Shown here in pieces: positions 10,301-18,671 of a stretch of DNA of 62,564 bases. The notes under the pieces were generated by a model, which was not told the origin of the DNA, searched no databases, and saw only the letters and a program-made list of their open reading frames with translations. The stretch's first letter is position 1; each line of letters starts with the position of its first letter. Origin of the DNA: Candidatus Brocadiia bacterium (GTDB lineage Bacteria > Planctomycetota > Brocadiia > CAIUPP01); contig JBEKCB010000033.1 in NCBI GenBank assembly GCA_050015075.1, positions 1 through 62,564 on the forward strand, written 5' to 3'. The translations under genes were made by a program, and so were the position numbers.

Positions 10301-10345
10301 GGAACCCGCAGGCTTTGGATACGCGGTTCAGGGGTCGGTTCATAA
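7313..10345 (+). CDS. Fusion: 11-heme cytochrome c + cytochrome b membrane domain (CbcL-like) + C-terminal AhbA/AhbB-like (Lrp/AsnC-fold siroheme decarboxylase) domains
   Basis: Signal peptide, 11 CxxCH; 5 TM helices with His motifs (QHYLL, VHRICG, IHYYEA, WHFY) and NYAEKAEYW; then LLQDEFPL..PYAEVA..GVIRRIG..THNCLR and LQGDLP..PYDALA..THCYRR..WPY..IHG. Confidence 0.9.
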   Translation: MLSHRMRFTVLRHATLPILIALICLTARTAAAIDNADCLTCHSDQSLVKKDRSGKTISLFVDEAKFKATIHGKNLCTSCHSDITEAPHPDNFVAKSVSCAQCHRVETEIYLKSDHGQAVHTGVQEAASCKDCHGSNHYLLNHRDPQSPVYRTNLPQTCGRCHSNVPEMEKFNLRQRSPVLSYDNSVHGIALLQKGEVNAAVCTDCHGSHNLHRSTNPLSKLYWQNVPDTCGKCHENVEQTYSVSVHGTAVKAGVRDAPVCTDCHGEHTITAVKLATSRVAPANIPETCGQCHAAQRIITQYRLPPNVFSTYVQSFHGLALQGGNITAANCASCHGIHDILPASDARSTINPQNLPETCGKCHPGIGTRLSAEFFRIHAPLGAAVGKPWIVNFISWFYIALITMTIGGMASFNLLDYLRKTRTHIRAVRNSEGEPRLTPWMAFQHYLLVGLFILLVYTGFAHRFPDAFWSWPFRILPDGSSVRGIVHRICGWTFAGFFLGHVIALVGTRRGREHFRALWFVRDDLRDAFAQLTYNLGLRTAAPPHRRWNYAEKAEYWALIWGSVVMIVTGVMLIFTATVLATLPKVWHDVAQVIHYYEATLAALAILVWHFYWTIFDPDEYPMNPSWLLGKKAAHPRGVAKPGPLAAGTPAAPAVDCGDRAGKCNLPDSECRILQLLQDEFPLCRSPYAEVARRTGLSPEDADRRIFSLRQRGVIRRIGGVINPRRLGLAATLVAMKVPPERVNEVDAVVYALPNVTHNCLREHEYNMWLTLTAKSREELAATVSQLKRVTRITELLDLPSSKTYKINVRLDCGQPQAAPRGTRAEAAGPPLTDAQGAPPAPGSKPGPVKLTETQEKVLDLLQGDLPDGLEPYDALAERAGLPVETFLATARELIQCGCFRRISALVNHGQLGFRANALCVWQVPVGHEDEAGRAIAGFSAVTHCYRRPVSDDWPYAIFSTIHGPNRAACEETARQIAEKVDPIAHCVIFTVRELKKGTRRLWIRGSGVGS

Positions 10346-10365
10346 CTCCTTGGGTGAAATCTCAC

Positions 10366-11424
10366 ATGAAGAGCCTTAACCGCCTGATCGTCGCCGCTGC
10401 GCTGGCCATGCTCGCGCAGGGCGTCCCGGCAGGGGCCGCAGCGGAGCCGCAGGAATCCGAGAACTCTTCCCCTGCGGTTACCTCAAGCCTTCCGGCCAGC
10501 ACACCGCTTCCATCAATCGAGTCCGCAGCCGCCACGCCGGCGGGAACCGCGAGCGTATCGGGCGCACGGGCCCCAGCGGAGCAGAAAGAGTCCGACACCT
10601 GCGGCACGTGCCACGAGCAAGAGACGAAGGAGTGGATGGAATCGCCGCATGCGCATGCCATCAACGAGCGCTACCTCGGCGAGTGGGAGCGCGAGGGCCG
10701 CAAATGGGAATGCCTCGTCTGCCACACGAGCCAGTACGATCGCAAGAGCGGCGGCTTTTCGCACGCCGGCGTGAGTTGCCAGTCCTGTCACGGGCCGGTG
10801 ACTGAGGACCATCCCGACAAGGTCAAGAAGCTCCTGCCGGTGACCTCCGAGGTCTGCCAGCCCTGCCACAGCGTGACTTTCGGGGAATGGCGCATCAGTT
10901 CGCACGGCCAGAAGAACATCCGCTGCTTCGACTGCCACAAGATGCACCAGATGAACCTCCGCAAAGAAGATCCCGACCAGATGTGCGGCACGTGCCATAC
11001 CGAACGATTGAAGGACTACTCGCACGCCACGCATCACCTGAAAGGCGTGCAATGCATCACCTGCCACATGCCCGAGGTGATGGGCGCAGGCCTGAAGATC
11101 AAAGGGACCGGCGTGCGCGGCCACACCTTCAGCGTCGGCGCCGAGACCTGCGCCCGATGCCACCGCGAAATGGTCCATACGCGCAGCAACCTGGCCGACC
11201 TGGAGGGTGAAGTCGAGCGCCTCAAGGAGGTCAGTCCGCAGGCGCTCCAGAAGCAGGTCGAGCAACAGCAGCATGAGATTGACCAACTGCGCGCGGAGCT
11301 TCGGACCGACCGCTCAGTCTTCTCTGTCGTGGTCGTGCTGGTCTTCGGTTTGGGCGTGGTCATCGGCTACGCCGCCATGCACCACTTCCACAGAAAAAGC
11401 TCAAAAGAGGAGCCGCCCAAATGA
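10366..11424 (+). CDS. Octaheme cytochrome c with C-terminal coiled coil and TM anchor
   Basis: Signal peptide from ATG 10366; 8 CxxCH; C-terminal VFSVVVVLVFGLGVVIGY. Confidence 0.9.
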   Translation: MKSLNRLIVAAALAMLAQGVPAGAAAEPQESENSSPAVTSSLPASTPLPSIESAAATPAGTASVSGARAPAEQKESDTCGTCHEQETKEWMESPHAHAINERYLGEWEREGRKWECLVCHTSQYDRKSGGFSHAGVSCQSCHGPVTEDHPDKVKKLLPVTSEVCQPCHSVTFGEWRISSHGQKNIRCFDCHKMHQMNLRKEDPDQMCGTCHTERLKDYSHATHHLKGVQCITCHMPEVMGAGLKIKGTGVRGHTFSVGAETCARCHREMVHTRSNLADLEGEVERLKEVSPQALQKQVEQQQHEIDQLRAELRTDRSVFSVVVVLVFGLGVVIGYAAMHHFHRKSSKEEPPK

Positions 11425-12329
11425 GCGAAACGCCTGACGGTCCGGGCACGGGCGGGATTTCCCGCCGAAGTTTTCTCGGGCTCGGAGCCGCGGGATTGGG
11501 GGCGGCGCTTCTGATGAACCGCACCGGCTGGGCCGGCGAAACGCCGGAGAACCCGGACTCACCCCAGTCCAGTGTCCTGGTTGACTTGACCCGCTGCATC
11601 GGCTGCCGCGCCTGCGAGAACGCCTGCCGCGTGCGCCAGAAACGGCCGCCCCTGCCGGTCAGCCGAGTGGGCTACGGCCCCGGCGAAGGCCGCCTTTCAT
11701 TCACCTCCTGGACGTTCGTGGATTTCCGCGAAGTCCAGGGCGCGCCGGCGTCCAAGACCATATTCCCGGTCAAAAGGCAGTGCATGCACTGCGTGGATGC
11801 CGCGTGCGTCTCGGCCTGCCCGGTGGCGGCCCTGCACAAGACTCCGCGCGGTGCGGTGGTCTATACCGCATCGCGTTGCATCGGCTGCCGGTACTGCATG
11901 ATCGCCTGCCCGTTCAAGGTCCCCCGCTACGAATGGAACGAGGGGCTGACGCCGCGCGTCGGCAAGTGCGATTTCTGCGACGACCGCGTGGCGTCCGGAA
12001 CCAACCCCGCCTGCGTGATGGCGTGTCCGACCGGCACTCTGAAGTTCGGGACGCGGACGAACATGCTGCGCGAGGCGCAGGCGCGGATGCGGGTGAACCC
12101 CGGCCGGTACGTTTCCATCTACGGCGACAAGGTCGTCGCCGGCACCTCCTGGATTTATCTCTCGGACGTGCCGATGGAGCAGCTTGGGTTCCGCGTTGAT
12201 CTGCCGGAGGTCGCCCTGCCGTCGCTGACGTGGGCCTCGCTGACGAGAGTGCCGGTGGTGGTCGTGACATTGGGGATTGTCCTGGCCGGGGTCTATCGGC
12301 TGCACGGAAGGAAGGCATCCCATGATTGA
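11421..12329 (+). CDS. Tat-exported 4x[4Fe-4S] protein, HybA/HmcB/NrfC-like
   Basis: SRRSFLG twin-arginine; CIGCRACENAC, CMHCVDAACVSACP, CIGCRYCMIACP, KCDFC..PACVMACP; C-terminal TM. Confidence 0.92.
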   Translation: MSETPDGPGTGGISRRSFLGLGAAGLGAALLMNRTGWAGETPENPDSPQSSVLVDLTRCIGCRACENACRVRQKRPPLPVSRVGYGPGEGRLSFTSWTFVDFREVQGAPASKTIFPVKRQCMHCVDAACVSACPVAALHKTPRGAVVYTASRCIGCRYCMIACPFKVPRYEWNEGLTPRVGKCDFCDDRVASGTNPACVMACPTGTLKFGTRTNMLREAQARMRVNPGRYVSIYGDKVVAGTSWIYLSDVPMEQLGFRVDLPEVALPSLTWASLTRVPVVVVTLGIVLAGVYRLHGRKASHD

Positions 12330-13599
12330 ATCGGCCTATTTGGCGATCGTGCTCCAGGTTGCCGTCGCGCTGGCGGCGGCGGTGATGGGCGTGGCCGCGT
12401 GCTGGCTGCTGGCCGGGCGGAAAGTACCGCAGAAGGTCTCGATCCGCCTGATCTGGTGGGTGGTGCTGCCGATCCTGTGGGCGTTCGGCGGCATCGCGTT
12501 CGTGACCCGGTTCACCGGCGGCCTCGGCGCAATGACGAATCTCTCGGACACGTTTCCGTGGGGGATCTGGATTGCGTTCGACATGCTCTGCGGAGTCGCC
12601 CTGGCGGCGGGCGGGTTCCTGACCGCCGGAGCGGTGTACATCTTCGGGCTGAAGAAGTTCTATCCCATCCTGCGCCCCGCAATCCTCACCGCCTATCTCG
12701 GCTACCTGATGGTGCTGGGCGGACTGCTCATGGACCTGGGCCGGCCGTACAATATCTGGCACCCGATGATCTACTGGCAGCACCGCTCCGTGATGTTCGA
12801 GCTCGGCTGGTGCGTCAGCTTGTACAACATGGTGCTGACCGTGGAGTTCCTGCCGCTGCTGCTCGAGAAATTCCGCTGGCACCGGCTGCTGCGGATCGTC
12901 CACTCGGTCACCATTCCCGCGGTGATCGCCGGGTGCATTCTTTCCACGCTGCACCAGTCTTCGCTGGGCGCGTTGTTCCTGATCGTGCCCGAGAAGATGT
13001 GGCCGATCTCCTATTCGCCCCTGCTGCCGCTGTACTTCCTCATCAGCGCCGTGGCCGTGGGCCTGGCTATGACCATTGTCGAATCCAACCTTTCCGCCAA
13101 GGCGTTTCAACGGAGCCTGGAAACGCCGATCGTCCTGGCGCTCGCGCGCGCCATCCCGCTGGTCATCATTCTGCTGCTGACCATCCGCGTCATAGACATG
13201 ACCGTGCGCGGCGCGTGGGTGTACCTGTTGCCGCGGCCGTTCCAGACGGTCACTTTCCTGCTGGAGATGGCCTTGCTCCTGATCCCGACGTTCATCCTGT
13301 TGCACCCGCATTGGAAGCGCCAGCCGCGCACGGTGTTTTGGGCCGCGGCCTCGGTGGTGGCGGCGATTATTATGAACCGTCTGGACGTCGCCTGGTTTGC
13401 CATGCTCCCCTCGGCTGACAATGTTTACGTGCCCTCATGGCAGGAGGTCGCGGTCACGCTCAGCCTGGTCTCTCTAGGCGTGGTGCTTTTCGGCCTGGCG
13501 GCGCGCTACCTGCCGTTGTTCGCGCATCATGCGCCGAACGAACCCGCCGCGGCGGCGGCGGAATTGGCGCTCGACCAAAGCGCGGCGGTTTCCGAATAA
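12322..13599 (+). CDS. NrfD/PsrC-family membrane subunit, HybB/HmcC-like
   Basis: TNLSDTFPWGIWIAFD, DLGRPYNIWH, SVMFE, STLHQSSLG, YVPSWQE. Confidence 0.92.
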   Translation: MIESAYLAIVLQVAVALAAAVMGVAACWLLAGRKVPQKVSIRLIWWVVLPILWAFGGIAFVTRFTGGLGAMTNLSDTFPWGIWIAFDMLCGVALAAGGFLTAGAVYIFGLKKFYPILRPAILTAYLGYLMVLGGLLMDLGRPYNIWHPMIYWQHRSVMFELGWCVSLYNMVLTVEFLPLLLEKFRWHRLLRIVHSVTIPAVIAGCILSTLHQSSLGALFLIVPEKMWPISYSPLLPLYFLISAVAVGLAMTIVESNLSAKAFQRSLETPIVLALARAIPLVIILLLTIRVIDMTVRGAWVYLLPRPFQTVTFLLEMALLLIPTFILLHPHWKRQPRTVFWAAASVVAAIIMNRLDVAWFAMLPSADNVYVPSWQEVAVTLSLVSLGVVLFGLAARYLPLFAHHAPNEPAAAAAELALDQSAAVSE

Positions 13600-13611
13600 G
13601 GGGTTGAGGCT

Positions 13612-14373
13612 ATGGACGCGCAATTCAGGGACCGGTTCATCACTCTCTGGGCGAAGTACTTCGGCGAGGCGGAACTCCCCATCGGCTTCTACTACACGAA
13701 GGACGAAGCGTGTGCCCGGCACCTTCGCCCCACCATCGGGCATGCCTGCCTGATCGGCCAGTTAGGGCAGGTCCGGAAAGGGCGGCCCCTTTGCGTCAGC
13801 GGCGATTCCGTCAGTTGCTTCGGCGGTAAGAGGTATCTCGGCTTCCGGAAAGAGGTGATTCCCGATTTCGAGTATTTCCTCTCCTGCGGGATACCCGGCA
13901 AGGTCATCGGCGAGCGCTACAAGAAATCGCCCCAGATCGTCCGGCAGGCCATGGCGAACCAGGCGTCGTTCGACGCGCCCGCGAAATACGCCGTCTTCAA
14001 GCGGTGGGACAAGCTGGAGGAAAGCGACCCGGTCGCCGTGGTGATCTTCTTCGCCATTCCGGATGTCCTCTCCGGGCTTTTCACACTCGCGAATTTCGAT
14101 GAGACGGATCCCTATGCCGTCATCGCCCCTTTCGGCGCCGGATGCGGCGCGATCACGCTGTATCCCTATCTCGAGAAGGACCGCAACCCGCCCCGCTCGG
14201 TCATCGGAATGTTCGACATATCAGCCCGCCCCTTTGTCCCGGCCTCCACGATCTCGTTCGCAACGCCAATGGCCAAATTCGCGCGGATGGTCGAGAACAT
14301 GGGAGAGAGCTTCCTTACAACCAAGTCCTGGGCCAGGGTGCGGCGCAGGATACAGAACGATCTTCGCGGGTGA
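13612..14373 (+). CDS. DUF169-family protein
   Basis: ELPIGFYY, CFGGKRYLGF, FLSCG..GERYKKSP, PFGAGC, GMFDISAR. Confidence 0.75.
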   Translation: MDAQFRDRFITLWAKYFGEAELPIGFYYTKDEACARHLRPTIGHACLIGQLGQVRKGRPLCVSGDSVSCFGGKRYLGFRKEVIPDFEYFLSCGIPGKVIGERYKKSPQIVRQAMANQASFDAPAKYAVFKRWDKLEESDPVAVVIFFAIPDVLSGLFTLANFDETDPYAVIAPFGAGCGAITLYPYLEKDRNPPRSVIGMFDISARPFVPASTISFATPMAKFARMVENMGESFLTTKSWARVRRRIQNDLRG

Positions 14374-14386
14374 AAGAGGGCGGCGA

Positions 14387-14415
14387 TTGACGCCTCAGCC
14401 ACATTGTGGTACAAT
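14387..14415 (+). promoter_or_regulatory. Sigma-70 promoter with extended -10, probably giving a leaderless mRNA
   Basis: TTGACG-N17-TACAAT with TG at -15/-14; ATG lies 8 nt after the -10 hexamer. Confidence 0.7.
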
Positions 14416-14423
14416 ACCGCGTT

Positions 14424-14813
14424 ATGATCGTTCCTACTGTCAAGACCTTGCGCGAGGAACTCGGCCACTCCCAGCGAGAGATGGCCGAAGTGCTCGGCGT
14501 TTCGACCAAAGCCATCCAGAGCTACGAACAGGGATGGCGCAAGACGCCGCCCCACGTGGAGCAACAAGTCCTTCTGCAAGCGATCCTGCGCCGCCATCCC
14601 GACCTGCGGAAGGTCCCGCGCTGCTGGCGGCTGAACAACTGCTCCCTGGAGACTCGCCGGCTCTGCCCGTCGGCCAAGCTCAAACTGCCTGGATTCTGCT
14701 GGTACATCACCGGAACGCTCTGCCACGGAAAGCCGTTAGGGGCCTGGGCGGCCAAGCGCGAACGCTGCCTCCAGTGCCAGGTGATGAAGGGCCTGCTCGA
14801 ACCTGGGATGTGA
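14424..14813 (+). CDS. XRE-family HTH regulator with C-terminal Cys-rich two-CW domain
   Basis: LREELGHSQREMAEVLGVSTKAIQSYEQG; CWRLNNC..CP..CWYITGTLC..CLQC. Confidence 0.85.
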   Translation: MIVPTVKTLREELGHSQREMAEVLGVSTKAIQSYEQGWRKTPPHVEQQVLLQAILRRHPDLRKVPRCWRLNNCSLETRRLCPSAKLKLPGFCWYITGTLCHGKPLGAWAAKRERCLQCQVMKGLLEPGM

Positions 14814-14899
14814 CCTCGGGAGCGTGCAGGCTCGCGCGGCGCCCTCTTCCATAGTCGTGCCCTGAGCGCCGGGTCACCGGCGCGCGAGAGGTCGAGGCC

Positions 14900-17581
14900 A
14901 TGTTCGGCCGTGACGACGATATGCGGTTGCGCGATGGCTCGCGCGTCTCGGTCGTCGGGGCCGGGCCGTCCGGTTCGATCTTCGCCTCTCAACTTCTCCG
15001 TTGGGCTCATGAGCGCAGCCTCGCCCTCGACGTCACCCTCTTCGACGAGAAGCAATTCCTGCGCGAAGGGCCGCGCGGATGCAACCTCTGCGCCGGCGTC
15101 ATCTGCTCGGACCTGCTCCACGACCTGGCGGACATGGGCGTCGAACTCCCTCCGGCATACACGCAGCGCCTGATCGAAGGGTATCGCTTCCGCACGCGGG
15201 CCGGGGAACTCCGCATGTCGCGGGCCGCCGCGCACGGCCCGATCGCCACGGTGTATCGCGGCAACGGCCCGCCCGCGGGAAGCGCTCATGCTGAGATGAG
15301 CTTCGACGAACTCCTGCTCCAGCACGCCCTGAAGCTGGGCGCGCATTTCATCCCGCACCGCGTCGCGAGCGTGGGCCTGCCGTCGAGCCGCTCCGGCCGC
15401 GCGGTGGTCCGGTTCCGAAGCGACAGCGTTGCGGAGCCGCTGGAGACCGACCTCATCGTCGTCGCCTGCGGAGTCAACTCCACCCTGCCGGCCCGGTTGG
15501 AGGCGATGAAATTCGGCTATCGCCGCCCCGTCTCCCACCGCGCCTGCCAGGCCGAAATCCCGCTGCCGAACGATTTCATTGACGCTCGCTTCGGCGGCGA
15601 CATCCTTCTGTTCGCGCTGGGACTGGAGCGCATCCGCTACGTGGCGCTGGTGCCCAAGCGCGGGTTCATCACGCTGACGCTGATCGGATACGGCGACCTG
15701 GCGCCCGACGACCTCCGGTCCTTCGTGCGCCACCCGGAACTGCGCGCGGAAATGCCTCAGGGATGGGAATACGCCGGGCGCGGTTGCCAGTGTTTCCCGC
15801 TGATGCCGGTCCGCCACGCGTCCGGGCCGGTGGCTGACCGCCTGGTCGTCATCGGCGACGCCGCCGTGAGCCGCTACTACAAAAACGGCATCGGCTCCGC
15901 CTTCGTCACTGCCACGCTGGCGGCCCGCGCGGCGCTGGATCACGGCGTCTCGGCGGACGCGCTGCGGCGGCATTTCTGGCTGCCGGCCCGACGGCAGATT
16001 GCGCGCGACAACGTCTCCGGACGCCTGCTGGCCTCCGCGTCCGATTTCTTCACGCGCAGCGACTTCCTTTCCTCCGTATACCTGGGCGCCTGCATCCGCG
16101 CGCCGGCGGACCGGGCGGCGAGAACTTTCCACCTGGTCAATTGGAATATGATCACCGGCGACCGGCCTTACCGCGAGATGCTCCATGCGGCCGCGTCGCC
16201 GGCGTTCAGCCTCGAGTTGGCCAAGTCAGCCGTGCGGCTGCTGGCGCGGCGCGCGGCGGCGCTGGCGCGCCCCATCCGGCCGGCGAGTCCTGCGCCGACG
16301 CGGCTCGGGCCGCTCCGCGGCGGCGAGACCGTGGCCATCATCGGCGGCGGGCCGGCCGGCGCTTCCTGCGCGATCTCCCTCAAGCATCTGGCGGCCAAGC
16401 GCCAGATTGACGTGAACGTGCTCCTGTATGAGGCCAAGGACCTGGATGGTGAACTGCAGTACAACCAGTGCGCGGGCCTGCTCTCGCCGCCGATCGTCGA
16501 GGTGATGGAGCAGCAGCTCGGCGTGAAGTTCCCGTCGCACCTGGTCCAGCGCGAGATCACCGGCTATCTCTTCCGCGGCGACCGCGAGACGATTTCCCTG
16601 CCGGGCGAAGGCCAGCCTTCGCTGGCGCTGCGCCGCGTGCAGTTCGACCGCTACCTCGCCGGCGAGGTGTTGCGGCGGGGAGTCCGGATCGTCCACGCCC
16701 GGGTCCAGGACCTCGAGATCAACGCCCGCGGCGTGCGCATCTTCACCGACAGCGGCACCCAGATGGCCGACGCCGTCGTCGGGGCGTTCGGCCTGGACGG
16801 CGGCACGGCGGCGGCGTTCGGCCGCGCCACGCCCTATCGAGCGCCGCACTGCATCGAGACGCTCGTCACGAAACTTCACCCGCCCATCGAGCAGATGGCC
16901 CGCCACGGCGGGACGGTGTACGCCTTTCTGCCGCCCTTCGACGGCGTAGAGTTCGCCGCCATCATTCCCAAGGGCAACCACCTGACCCTGGTGGTGGCCG
17001 GCCGCAAGCTGCGGACGGAGATGATGGACCGGCTGCTGCAATGGGAACCGGTGCGCGAGATCGTGCGCCCGGAGGAATGCGAAGAGCGGCCGCCCGAGTA
17101 CCACAAGGGCCGGTTCCCCACGTCGCTGGCGCATCATATTCACGGCGAGCGCTACCTGACGATCGGCGATGCGGCCGGCCTGGTGCGGCCGTTCAAGGGA
17201 AAAGGCGTGACCACGGCCTGCCAGACCGGCTACCTGGCCGCTACAACGATCCTGGACTGCGGCGTCGGCGCGGACGCCATGCGCCACTTCTACGCCGAAT
17301 GCCAGCACCTGACGGACGACATTTTCTACGGGCGGATCGTCCGCAAGCTGGTCCGCGTCGCGCGCGGCGCCGGCGCGATAGACGACCTGATTCGCCAGGC
17401 GCATCGCGATGCCGCTCTCCGGACCGCCATGTATTGCTGCGTTTCCGGCGAGGGGACGTTCCAGCACCTGCTCGCCGAGACGAGCGGACTGCGGCGCGGC
17501 TTGCGGGTGGCCGGCGCCGTGCTTCGCGGGATGTGCAAGCGCCGGCCGAAGCTCATCGGCGAAGCCGGCGTTGCGCGCTGA
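14900..17581 (+). CDS. Tandem-duplicated FAD-dependent oxidoreductase (two geranylgeranyl-reductase-like halves)
   Basis: Two Rossmann motifs (VVGAGPSG; IIGGGPAG), two CAG motifs, two IGDAA..GI/GV motifs. Confidence 0.85.
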   Translation: MFGRDDDMRLRDGSRVSVVGAGPSGSIFASQLLRWAHERSLALDVTLFDEKQFLREGPRGCNLCAGVICSDLLHDLADMGVELPPAYTQRLIEGYRFRTRAGELRMSRAAAHGPIATVYRGNGPPAGSAHAEMSFDELLLQHALKLGAHFIPHRVASVGLPSSRSGRAVVRFRSDSVAEPLETDLIVVACGVNSTLPARLEAMKFGYRRPVSHRACQAEIPLPNDFIDARFGGDILLFALGLERIRYVALVPKRGFITLTLIGYGDLAPDDLRSFVRHPELRAEMPQGWEYAGRGCQCFPLMPVRHASGPVADRLVVIGDAAVSRYYKNGIGSAFVTATLAARAALDHGVSADALRRHFWLPARRQIARDNVSGRLLASASDFFTRSDFLSSVYLGACIRAPADRAARTFHLVNWNMITGDRPYREMLHAAASPAFSLELAKSAVRLLARRAAALARPIRPASPAPTRLGPLRGGETVAIIGGGPAGASCAISLKHLAAKRQIDVNVLLYEAKDLDGELQYNQCAGLLSPPIVEVMEQQLGVKFPSHLVQREITGYLFRGDRETISLPGEGQPSLALRRVQFDRYLAGEVLRRGVRIVHARVQDLEINARGVRIFTDSGTQMADAVVGAFGLDGGTAAAFGRATPYRAPHCIETLVTKLHPPIEQMARHGGTVYAFLPPFDGVEFAAIIPKGNHLTLVVAGRKLRTEMMDRLLQWEPVREIVRPEECEERPPEYHKGRFPTSLAHHIHGERYLTIGDAAGLVRPFKGKGVTTACQTGYLAATTILDCGVGADAMRHFYAECQHLTDDIFYGRIVRKLVRVARGAGAIDDLIRQAHRDAALRTAMYCCVSGEGTFQHLLAETSGLRRGLRVAGAVLRGMCKRRPKLIGEAGVAR

Positions 17582-17626
17582 AGTTGCAAGGAGTTTGGCC
17601 CCTGTTTCCACGGATGAGGAGTCGCC

Positions 17627-18625
17627 ATGACCAGGATGAAATGGACCGCTGAAAAAGTGGCTGCAATCGGTAGCGCATTTCAACCGGCGTGCGTGCTGAT
17701 GGCCGGCGCGGAACTGGGCTTGTTCGACGCCCTGGCCGCTACGCCCCTGACGGCGCAGGCGCTGGCGAAGCGTCTCAAGTCGAACACTCGCGCGATGAGG
17801 ATGCTGGCGGACGCCCTGGCAAGCATGGGACTTCTGACCGTGCGGGGCGGCCGGTATTCCCTGGCCGCCGGCGTCGCCGACGTGCTCACTGAAACGGGCT
17901 CGCATCGCGCGCTGGCAATCGTGCGGCACCAGGCCAATTGTCTGCGAAGCTGGGCTCAACTGGCCCGCGTCGTCAAGACCGGCCGCCTGGCCAAAGACGA
18001 GCCGAGCATCCGCGGCGGCGCCGCCGACCAGGCCGCATTCATCGAGGCCATGGACGACGTCTCCCGTTCATTGGCCCCGCAATTGGTCAAGCGCATCGGC
18101 CCGCCGCCGTTCCGGCATCTGCTGGATATCGGCGGAGGACCCGCGACCTGGACCATCGCCTTCCTGCGCGCCGCGCCGCGGGCGAGCGCGACACTGTTCG
18201 ACCTGCCGCATACGATGCCGATTGCGCGAAAGCACGTCGCCGCCGCTGGGCTGCAGGAACGCGTCCGCTTTGTGGTGGGCGACCTGGACACGCCCCGCGC
18301 GCTTCCACGCGGCGCCGACCTGGCATGGATCAGCGCCATCGTGCACATGTACTCGCGCGCGGAGACCCGCGAACTGTTCCGAAAGACGCATGCGGCCCTC
18401 GCCGCCGGCGGCCGAGTGCTCATCCGGGACATCGTCATGCGCGAGTCCCGCACCGCGCCCGCCAGCGGCGCCATGTTCGCGATCAACATGCTGGTCAATA
18501 CGCCCAAAGGCGGGACCTTCACGTTCCGCGAACTGAGCGAGGACCTGCGTGCCGCCGGCTTCCACAAGCCTTCTTTCCTGCACAGGGGCCAGGGAATGGA
18601 TTCCGTGATCCAGGCACTGAAATAG
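17627..18625 (+). CDS. SAM-dependent O-methyltransferase with N-terminal dimerisation domain
   Basis: ELGLFDAL wHTH domain, LLDIGGGPA, LFDLP, FVVGD, AINMLVNT.GG. Confidence 0.88.
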   Translation: MTRMKWTAEKVAAIGSAFQPACVLMAGAELGLFDALAATPLTAQALAKRLKSNTRAMRMLADALASMGLLTVRGGRYSLAAGVADVLTETGSHRALAIVRHQANCLRSWAQLARVVKTGRLAKDEPSIRGGAADQAAFIEAMDDVSRSLAPQLVKRIGPPPFRHLLDIGGGPATWTIAFLRAAPRASATLFDLPHTMPIARKHVAAAGLQERVRFVVGDLDTPRALPRGADLAWISAIVHMYSRAETRELFRKTHAALAAGGRVLIRDIVMRESRTAPASGAMFAINMLVNTPKGGTFTFRELSEDLRAAGFHKPSFLHRGQGMDSVIQALK

Positions 18626-18671
18626 CGGCCTTTCGCGGTTCGCAGCCGATGCGGAGACTCGAAGAAAAACA

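Noticed and set aside
9997-10365. N-terminal extension of the octaheme ORF
   Set aside because: Overlaps the AhbB domain in another frame; the signal peptide begins at ATG 10366
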